The notes: generated from the letters alone by a model not told the origin. Shown: positions 10,194-21,671, counted from the first letter of the stretch. The stretch: DNA of 64,000 bases from Marsupella aquatica (GCA_973895155.1 OZ316899.1:1449573-1513572); one strand, 5' to 3'. A program made the numbers and translations.

Positions 10194-13100
10194 AGCCGGG
10201 GGTATGCCCTGTGCACGTCATCTAGGAGAGCAGATGATGTGTGGATTCTTGATTGTGCTTGCTCTTTTCATATTTGTTACATTCGTGAGTTTTTCAGTTC
10301 TTACTCTGTTTCAAACGGTTCAGTTCTGATGGGAAATGATCACTCCTGTCAAATTGAGGGAATTGGGTCTGTGAAGATTCAAATGTTTGATGGCGCTGTG
10401 CGCATAGTGTCCGGAGTCAGGTATGTACCTGGCATGCGTAAGAATCTGATTTCACTCGGTGTGTTGGATTCAAATGGTCATCAATGGAGCGTTATTGATG
10501 GTGAACTTCAAGTCAGGTCGGGAGAGACAGTGATTTTGAAGGGGAGTAGACAAAAGAATTTGTATGTGTTACAGGGCAATACTGTATGTGGAGAGGCCAA
10601 TGTAACCAAGTCTCACGAGGAGATGACTCAACTGTGGCATTCACGGCTAGGCCACATGAGTGAGAAGGGTTTGGCTATCTTACGGAAGAATGGACTCATT
10701 TCTGATTTGCAATCTTGTAAATTAGAGTTTTGTGAGCATTGCATTCTTGGAAAGCAGCATCGTCGTGCTTTTGGTGTTGGAACTCATCGTTCCAAAGCGG
10801 TTCTTGAGTACATACATAGTGACGTGTGGGGTCCATCCCCGACTCCCTCACACTCTGGAAAGTTGTACTATATATCATTTATTGATGATTACTCAAGATT
10901 TGTGTGGATTTATTTCATGACGCATAAGTCTGATGTCTTGTCCATTTTTAAGAAGTGGAAGGCCCAGGTGGAGAATCAGACTGGAAACACGATCAAGTGT
11001 TTGGATACAAGGGTGAAGAGTCTGAGGTCAGACAACGGCGGGGAGTACACTTCAATGGAATTTGAAGAGTACTGTTCAGAACAGGGGATAACTCGCCATC
11101 TCACCACAGTTTATACTCCGCAGCAGAATGGTGTCGCTGAGAGGCTCAATCGGACACTGTTGGAGCGGTCACGGAGTATGTTGAGCCAATCAGGTTTACC
11201 ACAAGAATTTTGGGCAGAAGCTGTCAATACCGCAGCTTATTTGGTAAATCTTTCTCCTTCTAGTGCTATCAATTTCAAAACGCCGTTTGAGATGCGCTAT
11301 AAGCGGCAAGCAGACTATCATGGCTTGGTAATTTTTGGAAGTGATGCATATGCTCTCACACCAAAGCAGAATAGGACCAAGTTGGATCCTACCTCCAGGA
11401 AATGTGTTTTTCTTGGGTACCAGAGTGGTGTGAAAGCCTATAGGCTATGGGATCCTATTGCCTGTAAGCTCGTTGTCAGTAGGGATGTTTCCTTCAATGA
11501 ATCCAGATTATTGAAGGAGGGGGAGAATACTCAGGTCTCCCGTACTGACAAAAGAAAATCTCCTATCCCGGATCTCGTTGAGGGGGAGATTGGTTATGAG
11601 GTGCATGACCGGAGAGAAGGAGTTGCTCCAATTATGGAGCTGGTTCCTGTGCCAGAGGAACCAGAGGAGTTTGTTGATGCTGGTGAGCAGCAAGTGGATG
11701 CTGTTGAGCTTCAAATTGTACCAGCACACGCAGATCAACCGGAGTCATCGGCTAGAAGAACATCTGGTCGCACTGTACGCGCTCCATCAAGGTATGGACA
11801 GTGGGTTGATTCATCTCAACTGCAAGAGGATGATTTTACAGCTGATGATGAGGGTGATGCGTTAATTTTGGAAGAAGGAGAACCTTCTTCATTTCATGAG
11901 GCAAGTGCTTCAAAGGAGAAGCAAAAGTGGACTGCAGCAATGCAAACAGAGATGCAGTCACTAAAGGACAACAAAACTTGGGAGCTTGTTAAGCTGCCTA
12001 AGGGTCAGCAAGTGGTGGACAGCAAGTGGATTTACAAGCTGAAGGATAATTCCATAGGAGGTGGATCGAAGGTCTACAAGGCTAGATTGGTAGCAAAGGG
12101 ATTCACACAAGAGAAAGGTGTGGATTACAATGAGGTCTTCTCACCAGTTGCTAAGTACTCTACAATACGACTATTGTGTGTACTTGTTGTAATGTTTGGT
12201 CTGCTCCTAGATCAGATGGATGTTGTCACAGCTTTCCTCTATGGCACATTGGAAGAGGTGATCTTCATGAGACAACCGCTAGGTTTTGTGAAGAGAGGAC
12301 AGGAGGAATTGGTTTGCAGATTGCTGAAATCCTTGTATGGGTTGAAGCAGTCACCAAGACAGTGGAACAAGCGGTTTGACGATTGGATTCGGTCACAAGG
12401 TTTTCACAGAAGTGTATTTGACCCTTGTGTGTATTTGAAACCGGTGAAGAATGTTGTCTTTGGGTTCATTGTTTTAGTACTTTATGTGGATGACATGCTA
12501 ATTGCAGCCAAGGATAGGTCTGAGATTGTTAAGCTCAAGGCACTGCTTAGTGCAGAGTTTAAGATGAAGGACTTAGGGCCAGCTAAGAGGATTTTGGGTA
12601 TGGAGATCACTAGGGACTTGGAGGCTGGCAAGCTATGGTTGACGCAGAGCAGTTATGCGAGGAAGGTAATTGCAAGGTTCAACATGGAGAATAGCAAGCC
12701 AGTAAGTACCCCGTTGGCTCCACACTTCAAGTTATCATCAGCGTTCTGTCCTACGGATGACACAGAGAAGGGGTTGATGTCAAAGGTTCCATATGACAAG
12801 GCAGTGGGGAGTCTCATGTATTTGATGACTTGCACTAGACCTGATCTTGCCATGGCTATGGGCAAGGTGAGCAGGTACATGTCGAATCCAGGGAAGGTAC
12901 ACTGGGAAGCAGTGAAGTGGATTATCAGGTACTTGAAGGGTACCGTGGATCATGGTCTTTTATTTGATGCGAATGCAAAGAATGCTAGATCATTGATTGG
13001 CTATGTAGATTCTGACTATGGACAAGATTTGGACCGAAGGAGATCAACAACAGGATACGTGTTCACACTTGGCGGTGGATGCATAAGTTGGAGGTCTACT

Positions 13101-13466
13101 TTGCAGAAGTGTATTGCTCAGTCTACTACAGAAGCGGAGTATGTTGCAGCTGCGGAAGCAGCAAAGGAAGCGATTTGGTTGGATAGACTTATCACTGAAA
13201 TGGGATTGCCACAGGGGAATGTGAAGCTCCATTGTGATAGTCAAAGTGCGCTCCACCTTGCTGTGAACCAGGTGATGGACAGCAGAGTGAAGCACATTGA
13301 CGTCAGGTACCATTTTATCAGGCAGGCTGTGTCTGATAAATTGTTTGAGCTAGTCAAGATTGATGGTAAACTCAACCCGGCTGACGCATTTACCAAAGTG
13401 ATTCCTTTGGAGAGTTTCTCTAGACACCGTGACGTATTGCAGATTTTGCAATTGCATCACAAGTAG
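10194..13466 (+). CDS. pol: Copia A pol (protease, GAG-pre-integrase, integrase, RT, RNase H), open frame
   Basis: WILDC, LWHSRLGH, HSDVWGP, LRSDNGGEY, YKARLVAKG, LYVDDML, GYVDSD. In frame with gag after the TGA at 10191-10193. Confidence 0.95.
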   Translation, partial: SRGYALCTSSRRADDVWILDCACSFHICYIREFFSSYSVSNGSVLMGNDHSCQIEGIGSVKIQMFDGAVRIVSGVRYVPGMRKNLISLGVLDSNGHQWSVIDGELQVRSGETVILKGSRQKNLYVLQGNTVCGEANVTKSHEEMTQLWHSRLGHMSEKGLAILRKNGLISDLQSCKLEFCEHCILGKQHRRAFGVGTHRSKAVLEYIHSDVWGPSPTPSHSGKLYYISFIDDYSRFVWIYFMTHKSDVLSIFKKWKAQVENQTGNTIKCLDTRVKSLRSDNGGEYTSMEFEEYCSEQGITRHLTTVYTPQQNGVAERLNRTLLERSRSMLSQSGLPQEFWAEAVNTAAYLVNLSPSSAINFKTPFEMRYKRQADYHGLVIFGSDAYALTPKQNRTKLDPTSRKCVFLGYQSGVKAYRLWDPIACKLVVSRDVSFNESRLLKEGENTQVSRTDKRKSPIPDLVEGEIGYEVHDRREGVAPIMELVPVPEEPEEFVDAGEQQVDAVELQIVPAHADQPESSARRTSGRTVRAPSRYGQWVDSSQLQEDDFTADDEGDALILEEGEPSSFHEASASKEKQKWTAAMQTEMQSLKDNKTWELVKLPKGQQVVDSKWIYKLKDNSIGGGSKVYKARLVAKGFTQEKGVDYNEVFSPVAKYSTIRLLCVLVVMFGLLLDQMDVVTAFLYGTLEEVIFMRQPLGFVKRGQEELVCRLLKSLYGLKQSPRQWNKRFDDWIRSQGFHRSVFDPCVYLKPVKNVVFGFIVLVLYVDDMLIAAKDRSEIVKLKALLSAEFKMKDLGPAKRILGMEITRDLEAGKLWLTQSSYARKVIARFNMENSKPVSTPLAPHFKLSSAFCPTDDTEKGLMSKVPYDKAVGSLMYLMTCTRPDLAMAMGKVSRYMSNPGKVHWEAVKWIIRYLKGTVDHGLLFDANAKNARSLIGYVDSDYGQDLDRRRSTTGYVFTLGGGCISWRSTLQKCIAQSTTEAEYVAAAEAAKEAIWLDRLITEMGLPQGNVKLHCDSQSALHLAVNQVMDSRVKHIDVRYHFIRQAVSDKLFELVKIDGKLNPADAFTKVIPLESFSRHRDVLQILQLHHK

Positions 13467-13695
13467 AGTTTTCTTAAACATTCATTGTAATTACTGATAT
13501 ATGCTCTTCCTCATTCCTATGTATTAGGCTACGGCTTAGTTCTGGTTTGCTCTAGTTAGAGAGGGAAACCGGTTTGGTTTCTGTCCAGAACTTCCCGCTG
13601 ATGGATCATATACATTGGCAGTATTACTCTCCCCTAGACCAGAGTCAAGGGGAAGATTGTTGGGTATTTACTCTTACGTCTAGGTTAGGTATGAC

Positions 13696-13856
13696 GTGGT
13701 TGGTACAACAACGTGGGTTGGTACAACTACGTGGTTAGGTACAACTACGTGGTTAGGTACAACTACGTGATTAGGTACAACTACGTGATTAGGTACAACT
13801 ATGTGATTAGGTACAACTATGTGGTTAGGTACAACTATGTGGTTAGGTACAACTAA
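13696..13856 (+). repeat. 18-bp tandem array in the 3' LTR, 9 units
   Basis: Same unit as 8206-8384. Confidence 0.95.
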
Positions 13857-15441
13857 GTTGCACACTATATCATAAGAGGCATGTGTGCTTGGAGAGGTAG
13901 AACCAAGGCTCATTGTTATGGAGCCACTTGAGAGATAGGGAGAGCTTACACTGTGGAGACTCGGTATAGCCGACGGGCTTAGAGTTCAGTAAAGCTCTCT
14001 TGTGTGTTCCCGTGGACGTAGCCTCAAGGAGGTGAACCACGTATCTCTTGTGTCGACTATTATGCGTTGGATGGTTCATGGGCTTGCCGTTGCGATCGTC
14101 GTCTATGCTCAACAGAGACCACCAATGAAGACAAAGCAATGACAATGCAGAGGGCTCTGAGTGATTGCAGACCTCAAGAGTTGAGAAACCCTGGAATGAT
14201 TTCTTTGTGCCTAGCTTGGCAAAAGAGAAAGCTCTCGAACGGGTGGAAAATTGATCTGCAAGTGCCACAGACAGAGTGTGGCTCATCAATTCTGTGGCTC
14301 ATCCGTTGTCCATGGAGGAGTACATTATAGAGTATCACATTTGACTAATGTCCTATACATGGAATACAGGACCGTTGAGTTGAAATCGTAGCTCAGCAAA
14401 GGCAAAGAAAAACCCCCCGCACCCCACCTTAGTTCTGCACAACACTTCCGCACACTAGAATACTAGTGTATAAGGATGGTGGGGATTCAAGCTTCACAGC
14501 CAAAGCAGAATGAAAGTGCCGACAATATACTTTGATCTACATTTCCATAGTGAAATCCAAGTTTGACCCCGGCCCCGACCTCAGATTGCTATAGTGATGG
14601 GCGTGCATAAGAGAGGGAGAGATTTTGTACGTACTTGAGGATCGCGAGTGAGAAAAATCTGCAGGAGAGAGGACAATGGAGAGCGGAGACGATGGACGAG
14701 CGAGACCGAGAGAGAGGGCAAGAGAGAGCGAGGAGAGAATTGAGCAAGAGAGGAAACCCTGTAGAACTCAGGGAACCCAGTAGAACTTAGCCCTACCGTA
14801 GCATATCAAAGAGAAAGAAAGCAAGGCAATAGCAGCAATTAGACCCTACCGAGAGACGGAGATGACCAGCACCGCAGCTCAACTTTGTAGAGGTGTTGGA
14901 TGACTACCATGACCACAGCAAGGCTTCGCGCAAGGCAAAAAGTAAGTCTAGGGCACATTTACGCATTGTCACTTTCTACCGAGAGCAAGCATTGTGATAG
15001 CAGACATGCAAAGCTCCATTCCAATGCTGCGCATGGCAAAGTCAGAGGTAAGTACTTACAAAGCAGATGGCGGAAGATGGACCCCCACACCACAAACTTA
15101 TGCCCCGACCCTAAAATAACTGACCGCAATGCCCCCGCAATGCCTTCGGGGAGCACTTGCTCTCGCACTTAGCACTCGACTGAAAATCGCTGCCGTTGCG
15201 CTTCAAGTGTGGTCGTAAACACTTCCGCCTTCCTAAAAGCTCTAGTAAGAGTGGTAGCGAGAAGAAATCCCGACACACTCCTCATTTGCTCCTCCTCCCT
15301 CCTTGATCAATCGACTATCGACTATCGATAGTCACCTCATTCGCTCCTCCTCCCCTTCCCTCCCCTCGCTAAACCCTCTCTGCTGACGAAGACCTTAAAC
15401 TTTCGCTCCCGCGCACAAGGGTGGAGAGTACTAATGTACTC

Positions 15442-15600
15442 AGCCAGTGACATGTAAGGGAGCCAGTTACATGCAAGGGGCTCATGTAACGGAGCCAATG
15501 ACATGTAAGGGGCTGATGTAAAGGACCCAATGACATGTAAGGGAGCCAGTGACATGCAAGGGGCTCATGTAAAGGAGCCAGTGACATGTAAGGGGCTCAC
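15442..15600. repeat. Minisatellite in the CACTA subterminal region (AGCCAGTGACATGTAAGGG-type units)
   Basis: Repeated GACATGTAAGGG and CTCATGTAAAGG blocks. Confidence 0.8.
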
Positions 15601-16261
15601 CTAATGGGGTACCTCTACTATTTGAGACTTTCTCACATTAAAAGCTTGAATGTTTGGCAATTGGTGATTAGCACTCACTCACATAAGTACTTAGCACTAA
15701 GACATTTGGCTTGGATAGTGGACCTGCCATTTTCCTTATGAAGGAGTCGCAACAAATGAGTGGATAGTTTGTAGAAGTGATACTTAAGACATATGTAGTG
15801 ATAACTCCCTAAACTTTCATAACCTTGTCACATTAGTCAATAGTGGTTTGGTCAAAAATAGGGGGTATTTCTACTAGTGGTTGGAGTGATGCCCAACACA
15901 CCATGGTGAGTGCTTGTGTTGCTGACAGGGACAGATTGCCCTTAGGGTTAGCATATAGATTAGGTTGGTCACCATGGATTCTTCTGGTGCTGTTGGGTTA
16001 CCCGATGGACGACGGACCGGTTTCACTCGGAGTGGGGCGCAGTTTTGGCCAACGACATTGGTAGCAGTCAACAGCACAGCTTCAGACAGTGATTCTGACG
16101 AGGACTTTGTGAGCAGTTCTCCTCGTCATCAGGTGATTGCACCTTTGTTGTGGGATATGGAAGAGATGTACGAGGCTACGAAGGGCCCACGATGATACTC
16201 TGGTGCAGTTGGCACAATTGATCTGGATGACTTCATCCAGGAGTTTGATACGTGGTGCGAT

Positions 16262-17596
16262 ATGCAGACATTGCATAATGCCACATTGTTTACCCCTTTC
16301 ATGGCATGGAAGGGATTATTTCAGCATTTGGAGGGGCCACCCATGGATGACTACCATGAGTTTTGGAAGGCTCATTTGGTTGAGATTGAGGCATGGAGGC
16401 AGCATTGGTCGCCTAATTCCGTGTCCATCACCTATGGCACTAGTGCGGCTGCCCAACCCATTGCCACAGATGTTGCTTCTTCTAGCAGCACTAGCCAGAG
16501 TGGCACACCATCCACCAGCAGCACTCTAGCAGCATCCACCACTACTCCTGCCGGTGTGATTGCGACAGGGACTGGAGCTGCGCCAACATTTAACCTTGTG
16601 GTGGAATTCTTTGAGGTACTGAAGCAGAACTATCAGGGTGTGAGAACTGATAAGTTGAAGGGTCTCCAGGAGTTTTAGCGCAAGACTGGAGAGAGTCTGC
16701 GTGAGGCATACACTTGTATGCGCAGATTGATCACTGTCACCAAGGAAGTGACAGAGGCTCAAGCAGTCCAGTTTTGGTATGCAATTCTGGATAGAGAGTT
16801 GCGACGCAGAGTGAGAGATGTCACTCTACTTAGGGATGCAGATCCCACATTAGCAGTTGTTTTTACCCTTTATGAGCGCATTGAGCTCAATATGGTGAAT
16901 GAGAAGGTGGTGACTTCCGGATTTGCCAAGGAAGCACCAAAGGCTGCATCTACATCCACACCACAGCCTACTACACAAAAGAGCCAGAGGGAGAAGCCTA
17001 CTGCACGAGAGTCTACCAGCCAGAGACCTGTACCCTCTTATGCTGGACAACAGTCAGGATATTGGACCTGTGGTGGGGATCATGGACAGAGATATTGCCC
17101 AGATCATAGAGGATCAGGGGGAGCATCAGCGCCTGATCAGCGACAGTGTGATCACTGTGGAGCTCCTGGACACAAGGATAGGTGTTTCTCACTCCATCCT
17201 GAGTTACGGATAGGAGGATCCCGTACACATGATCAGGGAAGAGGAGGAGGTAGAGGTGGTGGACGTGATCGTGGCATGCCACATGCAGGGAGACAGGGAG
17301 GTGACGCTGCCCTTGCTGTAACCATAGATCCAAAGGATGCTAAGATTGCTCAATTGGAGCAACAGCTAGCTGCCATGGCTACTTCCCAGGTGAGACCTAC
17401 TTCTGGTGATGGGGCATCTACATCCTATGGACCTTCCACATCCCATGGTCCTTCCATATCTTATGGAGCTGATGGAGACCTTGCCACCATGGGATTCATG
17501 TGTGGCACTGCACATATTGATGCATCAGTAGCTTTGACACGTGGGGCAGCCAAAGCTCTTGAGCCCCGAGGAGCAGTAGTGGAGCTAGATCCATAG
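16262..17596 (+). pseudogene. gag: Gypsy copy 2 gag with zinc-knuckle-like motifs, interrupted by a stop
   Basis: GESLREAYTCMRRLI-type capsid segment, TCGGDHGQRYC and CDHCGAPGHKDRC. Confidence 0.75.
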
Positions 17597-18059
17597 AGGG
17601 GGGATGCACGTCGGCAGACAAAGCTTCCTCAGTCTTTTACATTGTTAGAGACAGTTCAGACTGCCTCTATGAACCCGGTTCGGACAAACCCTGGCGTGGG
17701 TAAGTTGGCAGAATCAGGTAGTGATGCAGCAGGGATGACAGGTACCTTGCTGGGGGCGGCTACTGCCATGGTACGTGCCCCATTATTTTCAGCGACAGAC
17801 ATGCTGAACTTGGGAGTTGGTCTTGCAGAAGTGTTTAGATTGGCAGCTACACTCTATGAGGACACTCTAGTGGTTTCTTCCCATGCAAAAGCAGCTTGCA
17901 GTGTTGAAGCAGTGAAGGCCATGCCACCTACTGCTACTAGTGAGACATGGCATGCAACAACAGCGAGATTGGTGGATTTACCAGCACGCCCTGCATTTGA
18001 GAGGACTAGGTTTAAACCTAGTGTTGTGTCATTGGATAATTGAAGTGGTATCTTTTGAT

Positions 18060-21000
18060 TAGTTAGGCCTTCTGGGGCAATATACCAGCCAGAGAGAGTG
18101 TTACTGGATACTGGCGCTTAGCCCTTGATGTTGGGTAAGTCTGCCATACGTGGATTGGGATTGCATCCAGAGGATTTGGAGGATTGTCCCTTTCCCATTT
18201 AGACTTCATTGGGGGGACCTACACCTACACAACACATTACCAGGAGACCTCTTGATTTGAGGATTCAGGAAGGTCATACCATAGATAGCTCACAGATATA
18301 GGTGCGAGCTATTTTGACTAAGGCAGAGTCATATGATGTGTTGGTGGGATGTACAGTGCTCTACCCCATGGGATTTATTCTTGATTTTTGGGAGGAATCA
18401 GTGTCATATAGACCTGATTGGCAGTCAGGAGATGCTCGATTGAGAAAATTGTCAGTGAGATTTAGTGGACCTGTGGGAGGCCCTAAATCCACACCATTGT
18501 CTTTGGCAGCATTCAGTGGTCTAATTGCTGGACCTGATGATTTGATTGAGGGTAATGCGCATGCAGCAGATGTTCCACCATTGGAGGAGTCTCATGAGGA
18601 GCACATCATGCGAGGATTACCTGTTGGCAGTGTTGTGCCACCAGTGTGGGGCACTGCACAGGCCTTACCATAGGCAACAGCATGATTGGTACATGATGCA
18701 TGGCGTCATGCTTTTACACCACAGTCAGGACCAGAGCAGTCTCTTGCTGATGGACCTGTGACTCTTTCACCATTGGATACCACTCCTATTGCTTGGCAAT
18801 ATCCACTGGAGGGTATTTGTTTGTTGGATCTTTTTGGTGGGATTAGCACTAGATTGGCTGTTATTCTTCAAGCAGGAATTCCTATGCGTTGTTATTTGTA
18901 TGTGGAGACAGATGAGACAGCACTGAGGGTCTCATTGCGACATGTGGCTATGTTGGTGGATAGATATCTACAATTGTTGCTAGTGGATGCTATTTGTGGT
19001 GCTGACAGGTCCAAGACAGCATTGGATCGAATCCTTGCAGGTTTGGATTTTGTCAAATGTTATATTGATGATATTTTGGTCTATTCTTCTACTGTGGAAG
19101 AACATTAGCAGCACTTGCAGATTGTGTTTGAGAGATTGAGAGCACATGGGTTGAAGCTCCATCCTAGCAAGTGTAAATTTTTCCAAGACCAGATTGAGTA
19201 TTTGGGCCACACTATATACCCAGGGGGATTGGGTGTACAACAAACTAAAGTGGAGGCCATTACACAGATTCCTTGTCCTACTGATGTGAGTAGAGTTCGT
19301 GCATTCTTGGGATTGGCAAGCTACTACAGGAGGTATGTTAAAGGATTTAGCCAGCTTGCTAAACCTTTGACCATACTCACTAAGTTGGATCATGAATGGA
19401 TTTGGGGTGATGACCAAGAGCATGCCTTTCAGGAGTTGAAGCAAAGGTTGGCATCATCCCCTATTTTGAGAAGACCCATTTCAGGCAGACCATTTCAGCT
19501 ACACACTGATTGGAGTGGAGTAGGACTTGGAGCAGTGTTGACTCAAAAGGATGATGAGGGGAATGAGTTTGTTGTGGCTTATGCCAGTAGATCAAACAAT
19601 TTAGCAGAGGCTAAGTATAGCTCGTATGAAGGAGAGTGTTTGGCAGTAGTGTGGGCTGTTGCACACTTTCGTTGCTACTTGTTTGGTAACCCCTTCACCT
19701 TCATCACTGATCATCAGCCTCTTAAGTGGTTAATGGAGTGTGACAAGTTTACAAGGAAGCTTGCACGATGGGCATTGTTGTTACAGGAGTATGATTTCTA
19801 GGTGGTGCATAGGCCTGGAAAAGTGAACTTGGATGCAAATGGATTAAGCCGCAATCCATGTACCAGTCAGTAGGATGAGACTGGAGCCAGATGGCATGAT
19901 GAGTCAGATAAGGAGATGGTGCTAGGATGGCATGCATCTGCCTTTCTTTGTTGGGTGCTAGCATACAGTGGATCTGTGGACTCTACCTCATTGGATGGAG
20001 TGGATGAGGAGTCTTCAGATGTGGATGTTGGTGAGGTAACTTTTGGACAGCAAGATATTCACAATGATGTGAGAGTGTTGGAATATCTGCGTAGTGGTTC
20101 TATTGTTGGCAGTGTTGATGCCAAAGAACGTGACAGGGTTCTACAGAGAGCCAAGAGGTTTCGATGGGAGGGAAACCATGTCTTGAGAGTACTGCATGAT
20201 GGTAGGGTGTTGGTGGTACCAAAACCATCACAACGAGTACATTTGGTGCGACATGCACATGAGAAGTTGGGGCACTTTGGTGTGAAGCGCACTTATAGTT
20301 TGCTGCAAACACAGTATTGGTGGCGTGGTATGCACATTCATGTCCAGCAATTGATAGCTAAGTGTGTGGTATGTGATAGAGTGAGAGCATCATTTAATGC
20401 TCCCACTCCCCAGTTGCACCCGTTGCCGATCATGGGTTTGGGATATCGTTGGAGTTTGGATTTTTCTGGTCCATTACCTCTTACCCAACGTCATAATCGA
20501 TATGTTTTGGTCATGGTGGAGCACTTCTCCAAGTGGATTGAGCCAGTGGCGTTGCCCGATAAAGCTAGTGGAGGAGTTGCTGCTACATTTTTGGATTGTG
20601 CACTCAGTCATTTTGGAGCACCAGCTGAGGCGTTGACTGATCAGGGAACTGAGTTCCGTGGAGAGTTTGAGAGTTTGTGTGAACAAGCTCTGATTGATCA
20701 TCGTACTACCTCTCGTGATCATCCTAAGGCAGATGGATTAGCTGAGAGAGTTGTGCAAACTATGAAGAGAGGATTGCACAAGTATGGCTTGCAGGTTGGT
20801 CATTTGGGAGATTGGGATCTCCAGCTACCTTGGTTAGCTATGGGCTACCGTTTCAGTCAGCAAGCATCACTTGCATCCTTCTCACCTTACTTTTTGCTCT
20901 ATGGTAGAGAGCCAGATTTGCCAGCAGCTATTCGTCGTGATGTTGCACCAATTGTGAACTTGGATGATCCTGATGTTTGGATCAAGGTGTGTTCAAAGAG

Positions 21001-21496
21001 AGCACGGGTATTTTAGAGAGTGATGCCCATGGCTTTTGACAACCTTGCCATTGCCCAACATCGTGATACTTTGAGGTATGCCACTATTCGTGGAGGAGGT
21101 TACCGTGCAAGCATTCGATGATTTCATCCTGGTGATTATGTTTATTTGCAGCAGACAGCACCCATGACACTTGATGTGACCGCATGCCGGACAATCTTAC
21201 GTGTGCGTGAAGTGTTGCCTTCTGGTGTCCTGATGTTGGAGGGACGCGATGGTATGGTTTGGAAGGATCATGTGCGCAACTGTGCATCATGTCACCTTCC
21301 CAACATTGATGGTATAATAGATCCAAGCTTGGCACATGTTCGTGCTGGCTTGAAATGTATGTTGTGTGGATCTGCTCAGGGAGCAGCTACTATGTTGATT
21401 TGTGATAAGTGTTCTAGAGGATGACACATGCCATGTTTGACACCACCATTGCAAGTGATTCCTAGTGGATCATGGTTGTGTCCTCGGTGTCAGTGA
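18060..21496 (+). pseudogene. pol: Gypsy copy 2 pol: protease - MTase N-terminus (internally deleted) - RT C-terminus - RNase H - integrase - PHD
   Basis: VLLDTGA at about 18100; LLDLFGGIST at about 18820; YIDD at about 19060; HTDWS...AYASRS; HAHEKLGH...CVVC, WSLDFSGP, LTDQGTEF, AERVV. Many in-frame stops. Confidence 0.92.
21356..21496 (+). CDS. PHD finger (C4-H-C3) at the integrase C-terminus
   Basis: CMLCGSAQGAATMLICDKCSRG*HMPCLTPPLQVIPSGSWLCPRCQ-stop. The internal * (TGA 21422-21424) is most simply a TGG-to-TGA change. Confidence 0.9.
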
Positions 21497-21671
21497 AGCC
21501 GACTAGTTATCATTTGTGTTCTCTTGGCAGATATGGATTGCAGGTAGGTGATCGATGGGGCTCACTTGCACCCGGCCTCCTGATCTTCACACCTAAAAAG
21601 GTGTATATCAACCTTGTAGAACTCATGGCTAGCTAGAGTTAGGGGACCTTACTCCCAGCTAGGGGGGCAAT

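Larger units (their letters stand above)
8168..14114 (+). mobile_element. Full-length young Ty1/Copia element A
   Basis: LTRs 8168-8642 and 13658-14114 (TG...CA, near identical), TSD GAGAC, tRNA-iMet PBS TGGTATCAGAGC at about 8645, PPT before 13658. Confidence 0.97.
7336..15879. mobile_element. Non-autonomous CACTA (En/Spm) element carrying a nested Copia
   Basis: 30-bp TIR CACTAGTAGAAATACCCCCTATTTTTGACC at both ends, 3-bp TSD GTT (7333-7335 and 15880-15882), and dense subterminal short repeats. No transposase recognised. Confidence 0.92.
6247..21671 (+). mobile_element. Ty3/Gypsy copy 2 of the methyltransferase-bearing family (leader interrupted by a TIR element and a CACTA)
   Basis: TG start at 6247. 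After removing the TSD-flanked inserts, the sequence runs into gag at about 16.2 kb, then PR, MTase remnant, RT, RH, INT and PHD, and a polypurine tract (AGGGGGG, 21661-21667) followed by TG at 21672. The 5' boundary is uncertain. Confidence 0.7.

Noticed and set aside
18990-19030. Deletions in copy 2 as spliced-out introns
   Set aside because: The boundaries inferred from copy 1 are not GT-AG; the second deleted segment starts TTTGG and ends GTCA.
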